Shown piece by piece: positions 46,477 to 55,489 of a stretch of 64,000 nt of DNA (positions within the stretch are counted from its first letter, which is position 1; every line of letters starts with the position of its first letter). The notes under the pieces are model-generated. The model searched no databases, was not told the origin of the DNA, and saw only the letters and a program-made list of their open reading frames with translations. Both the position numbers and the translations under genes were made by a program. The DNA comes from Akkermansiaceae bacterium (GTDB taxonomy: Bacteria > Verrucomicrobiota > Verrucomicrobiia > Verrucomicrobiales > Akkermansiaceae): contig JAJQCV010000015.1 of assembly GCA_021202525.1 (NCBI GenBank), positions 5,020 to 69,019 on the forward strand, given 5' to 3'.

Positions 46477-47245
46477 TGGAAGGGGAAATATTCAGCAGCT
46501 CTTCAAGACGGGCCTTCAACTGTTCCGGATTCAGGTTGCGCTCCAGCTTGCCACCCACGGCCAGGGCAATGGCTCCCGTTTCCTCGGACACCACCACCAC
46601 CACGCAATCACTCTCCTCGGACATGCCCACGCCGGCCCGGTGCCGCAGTCCCAGGGTACGGTCGCTCATCTCCTTCTGGGAAACGGGGAACACGCAGGCG
46701 GCCGCGGAAATCCGGTCACCGGAAATGACCACTCCACCGTCGTGAAGAGCGGTCTTCGTATGAAAAATGGTCAGGGCCAGTTCCGGGGAAAAAATGGCGT
46801 CCAGCTTCACGCCGGAATCCTCGATCGGCTTCATGCTGATGCTCCGTTCAAAAGCGAACAGGGCTCCGAACCGCTGGTTGGAAAGCTTGCTCACCGCCTT
46901 GCAGAAATTATCCAGGAAATCCACCCGCTGAAGCTTGGCGAAGGAGGAGAAAAACGGATGGCTGCCCAGCTTCGCCAGCCCCACGCGCAGCTCCGGCTGG
47001 AAAATCACCACCAGCGCCAGCGCCAGGCCGGGGGCGAAGATGCGCGTCAATATCCATGAAATTACGTTCAACTGGAAGAAAAAGGCCAGTACCACCAGGG
47101 CCAGGAAACAGGCGAACAGCCCCACCATGATGCGGGCGCCGCGCGTCGCATGGAAAGCGCGGTAAATCTGGTACAGGAACACCCACAGGATGAAAATTTC
47201 AACGATCGCCCTGAGCGCATCCTTGATCACAATCCAGTCCCACAT
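46454..47245 (-). CDS. cdaA: Diadenylate cyclase, CdaA/DacA type
   Basis: Three N-terminal TM helices, VVIFQPELR, LHDGGVVI, GLRHRAG, VVSEETGAI. Start 47245 preferred because the GTG at 47251 abuts a -10 element. Confidence 0.93.
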   Translation of the reverse strand: MWDWIVIKDALRAIVEIFILWVFLYQIYRAFHATRGARIMVGLFACFLALVVLAFFFQLNVISWILTRIFAPGLALALVVIFQPELRVGLAKLGSHPFFSSFAKLQRVDFLDNFCKAVSKLSNQRFGALFAFERSISMKPIEDSGVKLDAIFSPELALTIFHTKTALHDGGVVISGDRISAAACVFPVSQKEMSDRTLGLRHRAGVGMSEESDCVVVVVSEETGAIALAVGGKLERNLNPEQLKARLEELLNISPSNEKTAIA

Positions 47246-47336
47246 GGGCACAAGCTACACAACAACCCCGACGATTGCAACACCGATCCTTTCCTTCCCT
47301 GTTGCCACGCGGGACGGGAACTGCTATAAGCACAGC

Positions 47337-48323
47337 ATGAAATTCCGGGTATTTCTCTCTCTGCTATCCGCCGCGCTCATCCTCTCCATCTCCACGGGCT
47401 GCATCATCTCCCACTGCACCACGCCCGGAAACGGCACGGCACCAGCCTCCGCCGTGCGGCCCGGTCTGGAAGGCGAACTGAAAAAAGACGTCCGCTATCT
47501 GGCGAAAACCTGCCACCCCCGCCCGGCGGGCTATGAAAAAAACCAGGCCAAAGCCGTGGAATACATTGCCCGTTCCCTGGCGGACTCCGGAGCCAAAGTC
47601 ACCTATCAGCCCTTCACGGCGGACAAGCGCACCTTCGTCAACGTCAGCGCCGTCTTCTCCGGAAAATCAGCCAAAAGAATCATCGTAGGGGCGCACTACG
47701 ATACCTGCGGAGACACGCCCGGCGCGGACGACAACGCCAGCGGAGTCGCCGGGCTGCTGGCGCTGGGGCGCATGCTCAAAGGCATATCCCCCCAATACAC
47801 CATTGAACTCATCGCCTACGCCAACGAGGAACCTCCGTACTTCGCCACGGAACACATGGGAAGCGCACAGCACGCCCAAAAACTTTACACGGAACAAATA
47901 GGAGTCAAGGCCATGATCTGCCTGGAAATGATCGGCTACTTCTCCGACAAGGAAAACAGCCAGACCTATCCGGGGCCCGGCATGGGAACACTGTATCCGG
48001 ACAAGGGAAACTTCATCGCCATCGTAGGCAACTGGAACAGCGTCAGGCTGGGCCGCGACATCCAGAAAAGCATGCGCCCCTTCCTTCCCACCGTCCGCCT
48101 CAACCTGCCGCAGATCAAGGGCATGTGCATGGACTTCTCCGACCACCGCAACTTCTGGGCCAAAGACATGCCTGCCGTGATGATCACGGACACGTCCTTC
48201 TTCCGCAACCCGAACTACCACCAGCCCGGAGACCTTCCGGAAACGCTGGACTACCGCCGTATGGCCCAGGTGGTCCGCGGCGTCCACCAGGCCGTCCTGC
48301 ATCTGGCCACGGAAGAAAAATAA
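47337..48323 (+). CDS. M28 family peptidase, exported
   Basis: IVGAHYDT, PGADDNASGVA, YANEEPPYF, LEMIGY, FSDHRNFW, NYHQPGD. Confidence 0.87.
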   Translation: MKFRVFLSLLSAALILSISTGCIISHCTTPGNGTAPASAVRPGLEGELKKDVRYLAKTCHPRPAGYEKNQAKAVEYIARSLADSGAKVTYQPFTADKRTFVNVSAVFSGKSAKRIIVGAHYDTCGDTPGADDNASGVAGLLALGRMLKGISPQYTIELIAYANEEPPYFATEHMGSAQHAQKLYTEQIGVKAMICLEMIGYFSDKENSQTYPGPGMGTLYPDKGNFIAIVGNWNSVRLGRDIQKSMRPFLPTVRLNLPQIKGMCMDFSDHRNFWAKDMPAVMITDTSFFRNPNYHQPGDLPETLDYRRMAQVVRGVHQAVLHLATEEK

Positions 48324-48345
48324 AGGCCCCGCGCTGCGCGCGGCG

Positions 48346-48999
48346 TCAAACGGCCTGGCCGTCCATGATCGTGATGATGCGGTCGCCCCGCCGGGCCAGG
48401 TGCTCGTCATGAGTCACGATCACCAGCGTCTTGCGGGACTCGTCCGCCAGGCCGAACAGCAGGTCCAGCACTTCCGCACCGTTCTTCCTGTCCAGATTCC
48501 CCGTAGGCTCATCCGCAAAAATAATGGGGGCGTCGTTCGCCAGTGCACGTGCAATGGCCACGCGCTGCTGTTCCCCGCCGCTCAATTCGCCCGGCAGATG
48601 GTTCAGGCGGTGGGACAGGCCCACGCGGTCCAGCAGTTCCGTGACGTACTCCACGCGCGGCCTTTTGCCGATGGAAGAAGCCAGGCAGGCATTCTCCAGG
48701 GCCGTCAATTCCGGCATCAGCAGATAATTCTGGAAAATGAACCCCATGTTCCTGTTGCGGAAGATGGAGCGCCCCGTGGCGGACAGGGAATAAATATCCG
48801 TGCCGTTCACCGTCACTTTGCCCTCCTGGGGCGTTTCCAGCCCGGCGAGCGTGTACATCAGCGTCGTCTTTCCGGCGCCGCTGGGGCCGCACAGGAACAC
48901 CTTCTCCCCGGCGGCAATATGCAGGTTCACCCCGTGCAGAATTTCAATGGACTTCTTGCCGATGGAATAACTGCGGTGGAGGTTGGCGGCGGTAATCAC
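48346..48999 (-). CDS. ABC transporter ATP-binding protein, LolD/MacB-like
   Basis: GPSGAGKTT, GFIFQNY, LSGGEQQRVAIARAL, ADEPTGNLD, IVTHD. Confidence 0.87.
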   Translation of the reverse strand: MITAANLHRSYSIGKKSIEILHGVNLHIAAGEKVFLCGPSGAGKTTLMYTLAGLETPQEGKVTVNGTDIYSLSATGRSIFRNRNMGFIFQNYLLMPELTALENACLASSIGKRPRVEYVTELLDRVGLSHRLNHLPGELSGGEQQRVAIARALANDAPIIFADEPTGNLDRKNGAEVLDLLFGLADESRKTLVIVTHDEHLARRGDRIITIMDGQAV

Positions 49000-49029
49000 G
49001 GAATGCAGTATAGCGGAATGGCCGCCGGA

Positions 49030-49875
49030 TTAAAGTTCTATATTGTCGATAAGACGCACGTCGCCGAAATAGACGGCGGCGGCCATCAGGGCCGGCTCCC
49101 GGTTCTCCTCCAGGGGCTGCATGGTCTCCGCATCCACAATCTCCAGGTAGTCGATCCGCGTGCCGGGAACGGCTTCAACCATCGCGGCGGCATGGTCCTT
49201 CACTTCCCGGACTCCTGCCCCGGACCTGAACTCGTCCCTGGCCTGGAGCATGGCCTTCCGTATCACAACGGCCTGTTCCTTCTGCTCCGGGGACAGCCGG
49301 GCGTTCCGGGAAGAACAGGCAAGGCCGTTCTCATGCCGCACGATCTCCGCGCCGTGGATGCGTACCGGAATATCCAGGTCACGTACCATGCGGCGGATAA
49401 TCGCCAGCTGCTGGTAATCCTTCTTCCCGAAGATGGCGTCCGTAGGCTGCACCAGGTTGAAAAGTTTGGCCAAAACCGTGCAAACCCCGGAAAAATGTCC
49501 CGGACGCGAAGCCCCGCACAGCGTGGCGGACAAAAAGCCTTCCTCCACGCTGATGCTGCGCTCCCCGGCATACATCTCTTCCGGAGCCGGGGAAAACACG
49601 TAATCCACTCCGGCGGCCTCGCACAACTCCAGATCCTTCTCCAGAGTGCGGGGGTAGGTCTGCAAATCGGAAGTATTGTTGAACTGGATGGGGTTGACGA
49701 AAATACTGGCTACCACCACGCCGTCCTCCCCGGCCAGCTTTCTGGCCTGCTCCAGCAGGGAGCGGTGACCGCTGTGGAGCGCTCCCATCGTAGGAACGAG
49801 AACAACGGGATCATTCTGCCGGTGGTGTTTGGACAGGGCTCCCTTCAACTGAGCCTTGGTCGAAAAAGTTTGCAT
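49030..49875 (-). CDS. panC: Pantoate--beta-alanine ligase
   Basis: VPTMGALHSGH, SIFVNPIQF, RPGHFSGV, FGKKDYQQ, GLACSSRN, VRLIDN. Confidence 0.96.
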   Translation of the reverse strand: MQTFSTKAQLKGALSKHHRQNDPVVLVPTMGALHSGHRSLLEQARKLAGEDGVVVASIFVNPIQFNNTSDLQTYPRTLEKDLELCEAAGVDYVFSPAPEEMYAGERSISVEEGFLSATLCGASRPGHFSGVCTVLAKLFNLVQPTDAIFGKKDYQQLAIIRRMVRDLDIPVRIHGAEIVRHENGLACSSRNARLSPEQKEQAVVIRKAMLQARDEFRSGAGVREVKDHAAAMVEAVPGTRIDYLEIVDAETMQPLEENREPALMAAAVYFGDVRLIDNIEL

Positions 49876-49931
49876 GCGCATAAAGTGGCCTCATGATGAC
49901 AAAAGTTCAATCCTGAAATATGGCTAGAAGA

Positions 49932-49959
49932 TTGACGCATGCCATTCCACATGTAAACT
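49932..49959 (+). promoter_or_regulatory. Candidate skp-lpxD promoter (TTGACG-N16-TAAACT)
   Basis: Hexamers at 49932-49937 and 49954-49959. Confidence 0.62.
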
Positions 49960-49985
49960 GGCAAAGTCAGAAGACGCTAAAAATT

Positions 49986-50621
49986 ATGAGATTCTTCAAA
50001 ACAGCATTATGTGTATCCGCTGCAATGGCATTCAGCGCCACTGCCAACGCCGAACTGAAAGTAGCTACAGTGGACGTGCAGAAACTCTTTGCCGACTACT
50101 ACAAAACGCATGAAGCCCAGGCGGAAGTGGACAAGGCGGCGCAGGCGGTCCAGCAGGATAACAACACCCGTGCGGAAAGCATCAAGAAGATGGAAGCCGA
50201 TTTCACCGAAATGGTCAAAAAGCTCCAGGACCCTTCACTGAATGAAAAGGATAAGAAAGATCTGGAACAGAAAGCCCAGATCACGCGCCAGCAGGCGATT
50301 GCCCTGGAACAGGAACGCCGCACTTATGTGGAACGCCAGCTCAAATCCCTTCAGGAACAAATGAAACTGCGTTCCACCAACATCATGGGTGAAATCACCA
50401 AGGTTGCGGAAGGCATCGCCACCAAGAGCAACTACGACCTTGTTCTGGACAAAAGCGCCCAGGCCCTCCGTTCCAACAACGTCTTCGTTTACACCAAGCC
50501 CAGCATGGACATCACCCCCACCGTGATGAAGGAACTCAACAAGGACGCGCCCGCAGGCTTTGATCCCACCAAGAAAAAGACCCCGGCCGTTCCCGCCGCA
50601 CCTGCGGCCCCGGCCAAGTAA
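49986..50621 (+). CDS. skp: OmpH/Skp periplasmic chaperone
   Basis: Signal peptide, LKVATVDVQKLF, coiled coil, YDLVLDK, DITPTVMKEL; upstream of lpxD. Confidence 0.9.
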   Translation: MRFFKTALCVSAAMAFSATANAELKVATVDVQKLFADYYKTHEAQAEVDKAAQAVQQDNNTRAESIKKMEADFTEMVKKLQDPSLNEKDKKDLEQKAQITRQQAIALEQERRTYVERQLKSLQEQMKLRSTNIMGEITKVAEGIATKSNYDLVLDKSAQALRSNNVFVYTKPSMDITPTVMKELNKDAPAGFDPTKKKTPAVPAAPAAPAK

Positions 50622-50660
50622 CCCTTGACATTCCCCCCGGGAAGGCGGAATCATATCCCC

Positions 50661-51746
50661 ATGAAGCTTTCACTTGAAGCCGTGGCCGCCCTCACCGGGG
50701 GAACAATCCTCTCCGGCGACCCCGAACTGAACGTGTTCGGGGTCGCTTCTCTTCTCGATGCCACCCCGGAGGAAGCCTCCTTCCTGGGCAACGAGAAATA
50801 CTTTGAAGACTTCCTGCACACTTCCGCGGGAATTGTCCTGGTGCCTCCGGGACTACCCAAATATCCGGAAAACGTCGCATTCGTGGAAGTAGCCAACCCG
50901 TCCATGGCCTTCAACGCCCTGGTCAAATACTTCAAGGCTTCCTCCTATAAGTTCGTGCCCGGTATTCATCCCACGGCCATCATCGACCCTTCGGCGAAAA
51001 TCAATCCGGACAGGGTCCGCGTGGGGGCTTACACCTGCATCGGCGCGCACTGCGAAATCGGCGACGGCACGGACATAGGCAACGCCTGCCAGATCGGCGA
51101 CGGCGTCACGATGGGGGAAAACTGCCGCCTGCACGCCAACGTCACCATCCGCGAACGCTGCAAGCTGGGCAGCCGCGTCACCATCCAGCCCGGCGCCGTC
51201 ATCGGCTCCGACGGCTTCGGTTTCCTGATGGGAGACAATGGCCGCTACGTAGGCATCGACCAGGTAGGCATCGTGGAACTGGGGGACGATGTGGACGTAG
51301 GCGCCAATACGACAATTGACCGCGCCCGGTTCGGCCGCACCGTCATCGGGGAAGGAACCAAGATAGACAACCTCGTCCAGATCGGACACAACGTCGTAGT
51401 GGGCAAGCACTGCATCATTGTCGCGCTGTCCGGAATTGCCGGCAGCACGCAAATAGGAGAGTATGTCACCATCGCGGCCCAGGTAGGTATTGCCGGCCAT
51501 CTCAAGGTTGGTTCCAGATCCACGCTGGCGGCGCAGACGGGCGTTACGGCGGACATTCCGGGAGACGGAGCCTACTGGGGCACACCCGCCTCCCCCTTCA
51601 AGGACGCCTGCCGCCAATTTGCGGCTCTCAGAAAACTTCCGGCCCTCGTCAAGGAAGTCCATTCCCTCAAAAGGAAGCTGGATCCATCCGGAAACCAGGC
51701 AGAAACAGGACAGCCCGGGGACGGAGCCGCAGAAAGCCGTCCCTGA
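50661..51746 (+). CDS. lpxD: UDP-3-O-acylglucosamine N-acyltransferase
   Basis: IHPTAII, IGSDGFGF, VGANTTIDR, KIDNLVQIGHNV, GIAGS. Confidence 0.96.
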   Translation: MKLSLEAVAALTGGTILSGDPELNVFGVASLLDATPEEASFLGNEKYFEDFLHTSAGIVLVPPGLPKYPENVAFVEVANPSMAFNALVKYFKASSYKFVPGIHPTAIIDPSAKINPDRVRVGAYTCIGAHCEIGDGTDIGNACQIGDGVTMGENCRLHANVTIRERCKLGSRVTIQPGAVIGSDGFGFLMGDNGRYVGIDQVGIVELGDDVDVGANTTIDRARFGRTVIGEGTKIDNLVQIGHNVVVGKHCIIVALSGIAGSTQIGEYVTIAAQVGIAGHLKVGSRSTLAAQTGVTADIPGDGAYWGTPASPFKDACRQFAALRKLPALVKEVHSLKRKLDPSGNQAETGQPGDGAAESRP

Positions 51747-51756
51747 AAACAATCCT

Positions 51757-52548
51757 TCAGGCCTGCCCCGTTCCCCAGCGGCGGTGAAGAAACCGTTCCA
51801 AAGGTGAAAACAGAATCTTGTCCGACAGGAGCCCGATCACCACGATCACGAACATGATACCCACCACCTGTTCCATCGCGTTCAGCTCACGCCCATAGTG
51901 CAGAAGCTGCCCCAGACCGAACCCGGTCAGGATGGGAACGAAAATCTCCGCCGCCATCAGGGAACGCCATGCAAACGCCCAGCCCTGCTTCATGCCGCTC
52001 ACCACAAACGGGGCGGAAGCGGGCAAGGTGACGTGGATCAGGCAATAAATGGGCCCGGCGCCCATCGTGCGGGCGGCCCTGACATAAATGGGCGGCACAT
52101 TTCGCATGCCGTTGGCCGTAGCCAGAATGACGGACCACAGGGTACCCATGATCACCACAAACAGCATGGCGGACTCCGTCTGCCCGAACCACAAGGTAGC
52201 CAGAGGCACCCAGCACACGCTGGGCAGAGCCTGGAACCCCAGTGAAACCAGGCCCAGCGTATTCTGCATCAATTGAAACCGGGAACACAGCATGCCAAGG
52301 GGAATCCCCATCACCAGGCCAATGCCGTACCCCAGCCCCAGCCGCTTCACCGTAATCCAGGAAGCTTCCTCCAGAGCGCCATCCGCAAAGGAGGAGCGCA
52401 GGTATTCCCAAACCTCCAGCGGAGAGGGGAACAAATAAGGCTTCCAGACCTTCTCGTCGCTCAAATACTGCCATACCCAGATGACGACAATGAAAAACAC
52501 GAGTGAACATGCGTGGGCTCCCCATTTGGACCATCTGCTCCTGTTCAT
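51757..52548 (-). CDS. NitT/TauT/Ssu-type ABC transporter permease
   Basis: LFPSP, QALPSVCWVPL, AARTMGA, WRSLMAAE. Confidence 0.9.
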   Translation of the reverse strand: MNRSRWSKWGAHACSLVFFIVVIWVWQYLSDEKVWKPYLFPSPLEVWEYLRSSFADGALEEASWITVKRLGLGYGIGLVMGIPLGMLCSRFQLMQNTLGLVSLGFQALPSVCWVPLATLWFGQTESAMLFVVIMGTLWSVILATANGMRNVPPIYVRAARTMGAGPIYCLIHVTLPASAPFVVSGMKQGWAFAWRSLMAAEIFVPILTGFGLGQLLHYGRELNAMEQVVGIMFVIVVIGLLSDKILFSPLERFLHRRWGTGQA

Positions 52549-53333
52549 TTCGCAGCTCCTTTCAAATCACGGGTGATGCGGGACGACAGCAGGGCCAGAT
52601 CCTGGCTGTTGATATCCCTGGGATGGGGCAGATCCACGGAATACTCCTCGCAAATTCGCCCCGGATGCGGAGTAAACAACACCACGCGGTCCCCCAGACA
52701 CACGGCTTCCCGCATATTGTGGGTAACAAAAATGATCGTCATGCCCCACCTGAGGTGGATATCCTGAATATCCTGGTAAAGCTGTTCCCGGGTCATGGCG
52801 TCCAACGCGCCGAACGGTTCGTCCATCAGCAGGATGCGGGGATTCGTCGCCAGCGCGCGGGCCAGGGCCACGCGCTGCTTCATTCCCCCGGAAAGCTCGT
52901 GAATATGGGCGTGCGTACAATCCTGGAGCCCGACCAGTTCCAGATTCTTCTCTGCAATGGCCATGCGCGCGCCGCGCGTCAGACCGGGCACCAGCTTCAG
53001 GCCGAACATCACATTCCCCAGCACGTCCAGCCACGGAAACAGCGCGGACTCCTGGAACATCACGGTACGGTCCCGGCCCGGCCCGCTCACGGGAACGCCG
53101 TCCAGTTCCACCGTGCCGGAAGAGGGGAACTCAAGCCCGGCGATAATATTCAGCAGAGTGGTCTTCCCGCAGCCGCTGGGGCCTACCAGGCAGACAAACT
53201 CCCCGGCCTTGATATTCAGGTTGATGCCCTCCAGGGCTTCCACCTTCCCCCGCCGTCCTTCAAACACCTTGGACACTCCGGCAATGCGCAGCTTGCACCC
53301 GCCCGGCCCGCAATGCTCTTCTCCCATAATCAT
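52545..53333 (-). CDS. NitT/TauT/Ssu-type ABC transporter ATPase
   Basis: GPSGCGKTT, ALFPWL, LSGGMKQR, MDEPFGALDAMTRE, FVTHN. Confidence 0.92.
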   Translation of the reverse strand: MIMGEEHCGPGGCKLRIAGVSKVFEGRRGKVEALEGINLNIKAGEFVCLVGPSGCGKTTLLNIIAGLEFPSSGTVELDGVPVSGPGRDRTVMFQESALFPWLDVLGNVMFGLKLVPGLTRGARMAIAEKNLELVGLQDCTHAHIHELSGGMKQRVALARALATNPRILLMDEPFGALDAMTREQLYQDIQDIHLRWGMTIIFVTHNMREAVCLGDRVVLFTPHPGRICEEYSVDLPHPRDINSQDLALLSSRITRDLKGAAK

Positions 53334-54376
53334 CCCTGCGTTTCCTCCTTCATGGCCAACTGTTTCTCCTCCGCCGCCTCCGGTGTCACCAGGCCGGAAA
53401 CGTCAGGAATCTCCTTCATGAATCCGGCGTGATAGGCGTCCTGCACAAACTGCTGGAGCTTGGGAATGGAAATCTTGTCCTTCATGTGAATGCTCTTCCA
53501 TGCCCGGGCAATCAACTCCGGTTCAATCCTGGAATGGGTGAGCTCCTCCAGTTCCTTCACCACAATGGCCTGGGCCTCCTCCGGATTCTCGCGTATCCAC
53601 TGATTCAACTCCTCATGCGCTTTCACGACGGCCTGCGCCACTTCAGGCTTCTCCTTCAAAAATTCGGACCCGCACACCAGCACCGTGGCTATGGACTCCT
53701 TTTCGTCCACCAGCACCTTCCCTTCGGCCATCATCACCAGACGGCTCACCCAGGGCTCCACCGTCCAGACACCGTCCAGCTTCCCCTGGCGGAACAGGCT
53801 CAACTGCTCCGGATTGGGCGTAGGAAGAATCTTCACGTCCCCACCGCGCTGCGTCACATGCAGGCCGCCGCGGGAAAACCAGGCACGGGCGGAAACATCC
53901 TGCGTATTGCCAAGCTGGGGCGTGGCTACCACCTTGCCGCGGAAATCCTGCGGCTCCTTCAGGCTGGAATCCTCCGGCACTACCAGGGAGGCGCCCCCTT
54001 CCACGGCTCCGGCGATCATCCTGATATCCTGGCCGCGGGAACGGACAAACGCGTTGATGGCGGGGCTGGGCCCCACATACGTCAATTCGATGGACCGGGC
54101 AAACACCGCCTCCATGGCGCTGGGCCCTGCGTTGTACACATACCAGTTGATCTTGACGTCCTTCCCGGTGGCCTTCTTCACGCGCTCTTCAAACCAGCCG
54201 TTCCCCTGCCGGGAAAAATGATGGGCCACCAGGCCCTGCACGTGGGTCACATTCGGAAAATGGCCGAAATTCAACTCAATCATATTCGCTTCCTCTTTCT
54301 TCCCGTCGCGGCAGGAAACGAGAGGCAGGCAGAGGGAGGCGGCCAGAAACAACAGGGGGAATCTTGAAAAAAGCAT
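53330..54376 (-). CDS. Aliphatic sulfonate-type ABC substrate-binding lipoprotein (SsuA-like)
   Basis: Lipobox LVSC, GHFPNVTH, YVGPSPAIN, ATPQLGNTQDV, VEPW. Confidence 0.85.
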   Translation of the reverse strand: MLFSRFPLLFLAASLCLPLVSCRDGKKEEANMIELNFGHFPNVTHVQGLVAHHFSRQGNGWFEERVKKATGKDVKINWYVYNAGPSAMEAVFARSIELTYVGPSPAINAFVRSRGQDIRMIAGAVEGGASLVVPEDSSLKEPQDFRGKVVATPQLGNTQDVSARAWFSRGGLHVTQRGGDVKILPTPNPEQLSLFRQGKLDGVWTVEPWVSRLVMMAEGKVLVDEKESIATVLVCGSEFLKEKPEVAQAVVKAHEELNQWIRENPEEAQAIVVKELEELTHSRIEPELIARAWKSIHMKDKISIPKLQQFVQDAYHAGFMKEIPDVSGLVTPEAAEEKQLAMKEETQG

Positions 54377-54606
54377 GGGGTATCAGACAAATGGTTGCAG
54401 GTTCACGGCATCTTGGCCGCACCCTTTCAGGCTCCGACTAGCAGAAAAAGACATCTGCGGCAAGTTCCCGCATGTGACGACTTTTTCACAATGGACAGCC
54501 GGATTGCCAATTCTGTTGAAAAACTCCCCCATTCTGCAACCCGCAAAATCCGGTCTATTGACAAGGACGCATGTTCCCGTTACAAAAAAGCGTTATTCGC
54601 CCCACG

Positions 54607-55251
54607 ATGCCGAACAAAACGCACCAGTCACATTTCGGAGCATGGCTCAACCTGCCTCCGCCCGGGGACAGACGGGTGCGCCCTGCCGTCAAATACAGAT
54701 GCACCCTTCTGCTGCTCCTTTACTGGGGCATTCTGTCCGCCATTCCGCAGGCGGGAAACAATGTGGCGGAAGTCGGCACCTCCTTCTCCCCCTGGATAGC
54801 GGTGCTGGAGCTTACCCCATTCATCCTCGTTCCGGCATTCCTGTGCCTCGTCCCCCGTACGGGGTCCCAATGGAGGGCCCTGATGATTGCCGCGTATGCG
54901 GGACTGGCCCTTTGCCTGCTGCTGAACCTGTCGCTTCCTGCGGACGGCTCATGGGGGGACCTTCCCCTGGCGGGACACTACGGCACACTTGCGTGGCCCG
55001 CAGACGGCCACCGGGAATGGCTTGTCACGCTGCCCCGCTTCTCCTCTTTCTGGAGCCTGCTCATTTATGTATCCCTTTCCAGCACCGGGACTTCTCCCAT
55101 CCTGCGGCTGCTGGCGCTCGTCTGGTGGTTCCTGCTCTGCCTGGCCCCCATCAACACCGGAATAATAGGATACGCGGACCTGCTGGGCCCTCTGGTCATC
55201 ATCGCCGCCATCCTGGCCTGCATGCACCTGGCGGACAAGCGCGCCTCCTGA
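54607..55251 (+). CDS. Multi-pass membrane protein, degenerate PAP2/Aur1-like
   Basis: About 6 TM segments; LPRFSS and GYADLLG lie where PSxH and HxxxD motifs would be. Start uncertain (54571 or 54607). Confidence 0.5.
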   Translation: MPNKTHQSHFGAWLNLPPPGDRRVRPAVKYRCTLLLLLYWGILSAIPQAGNNVAEVGTSFSPWIAVLELTPFILVPAFLCLVPRTGSQWRALMIAAYAGLALCLLLNLSLPADGSWGDLPLAGHYGTLAWPADGHREWLVTLPRFSSFWSLLIYVSLSSTGTSPILRLLALVWWFLLCLAPINTGIIGYADLLGPLVIIAAILACMHLADKRAS

Positions 55252-55431
55252 CAAGGCCTGCCGTTCCCGCCGGAAAGGCAGGCTCCATCTTCCTGTTCCT
55301 GCGGAATGGGGAAAATTCCTGCCTTCCCGGTTGAAAAACTCTCCCGCAGCCCGGCAAAAGGGAATACTGCTCCCATCGCCATTTCCCTGCCGCGGAAATG
55401 GGAGCGACCATGGCACGGAAGGTTCATAATC

Positions 55432-55467
55432 AAAGGGCTGTTCCACACCCGGTGAAACAGCCCTTTT
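55432..55467. terminator. Bidirectional terminator between the membrane protein and GH84 genes
   Basis: AAAGGGCTGTT (55432-55442) pairs with AACAGCCCTTT (55456-55466). Confidence 0.75.
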
Positions 55468-55489
55468 CCAGATTTATTTCAAGGCCCCG

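Noticed and set aside
54377-54570. SAM riboswitch upstream of the sulfonate-type ABC transporter (also sought at 16209-16502)
   Set aside because: No SAM-I, II or IV consensus elements found by eye.
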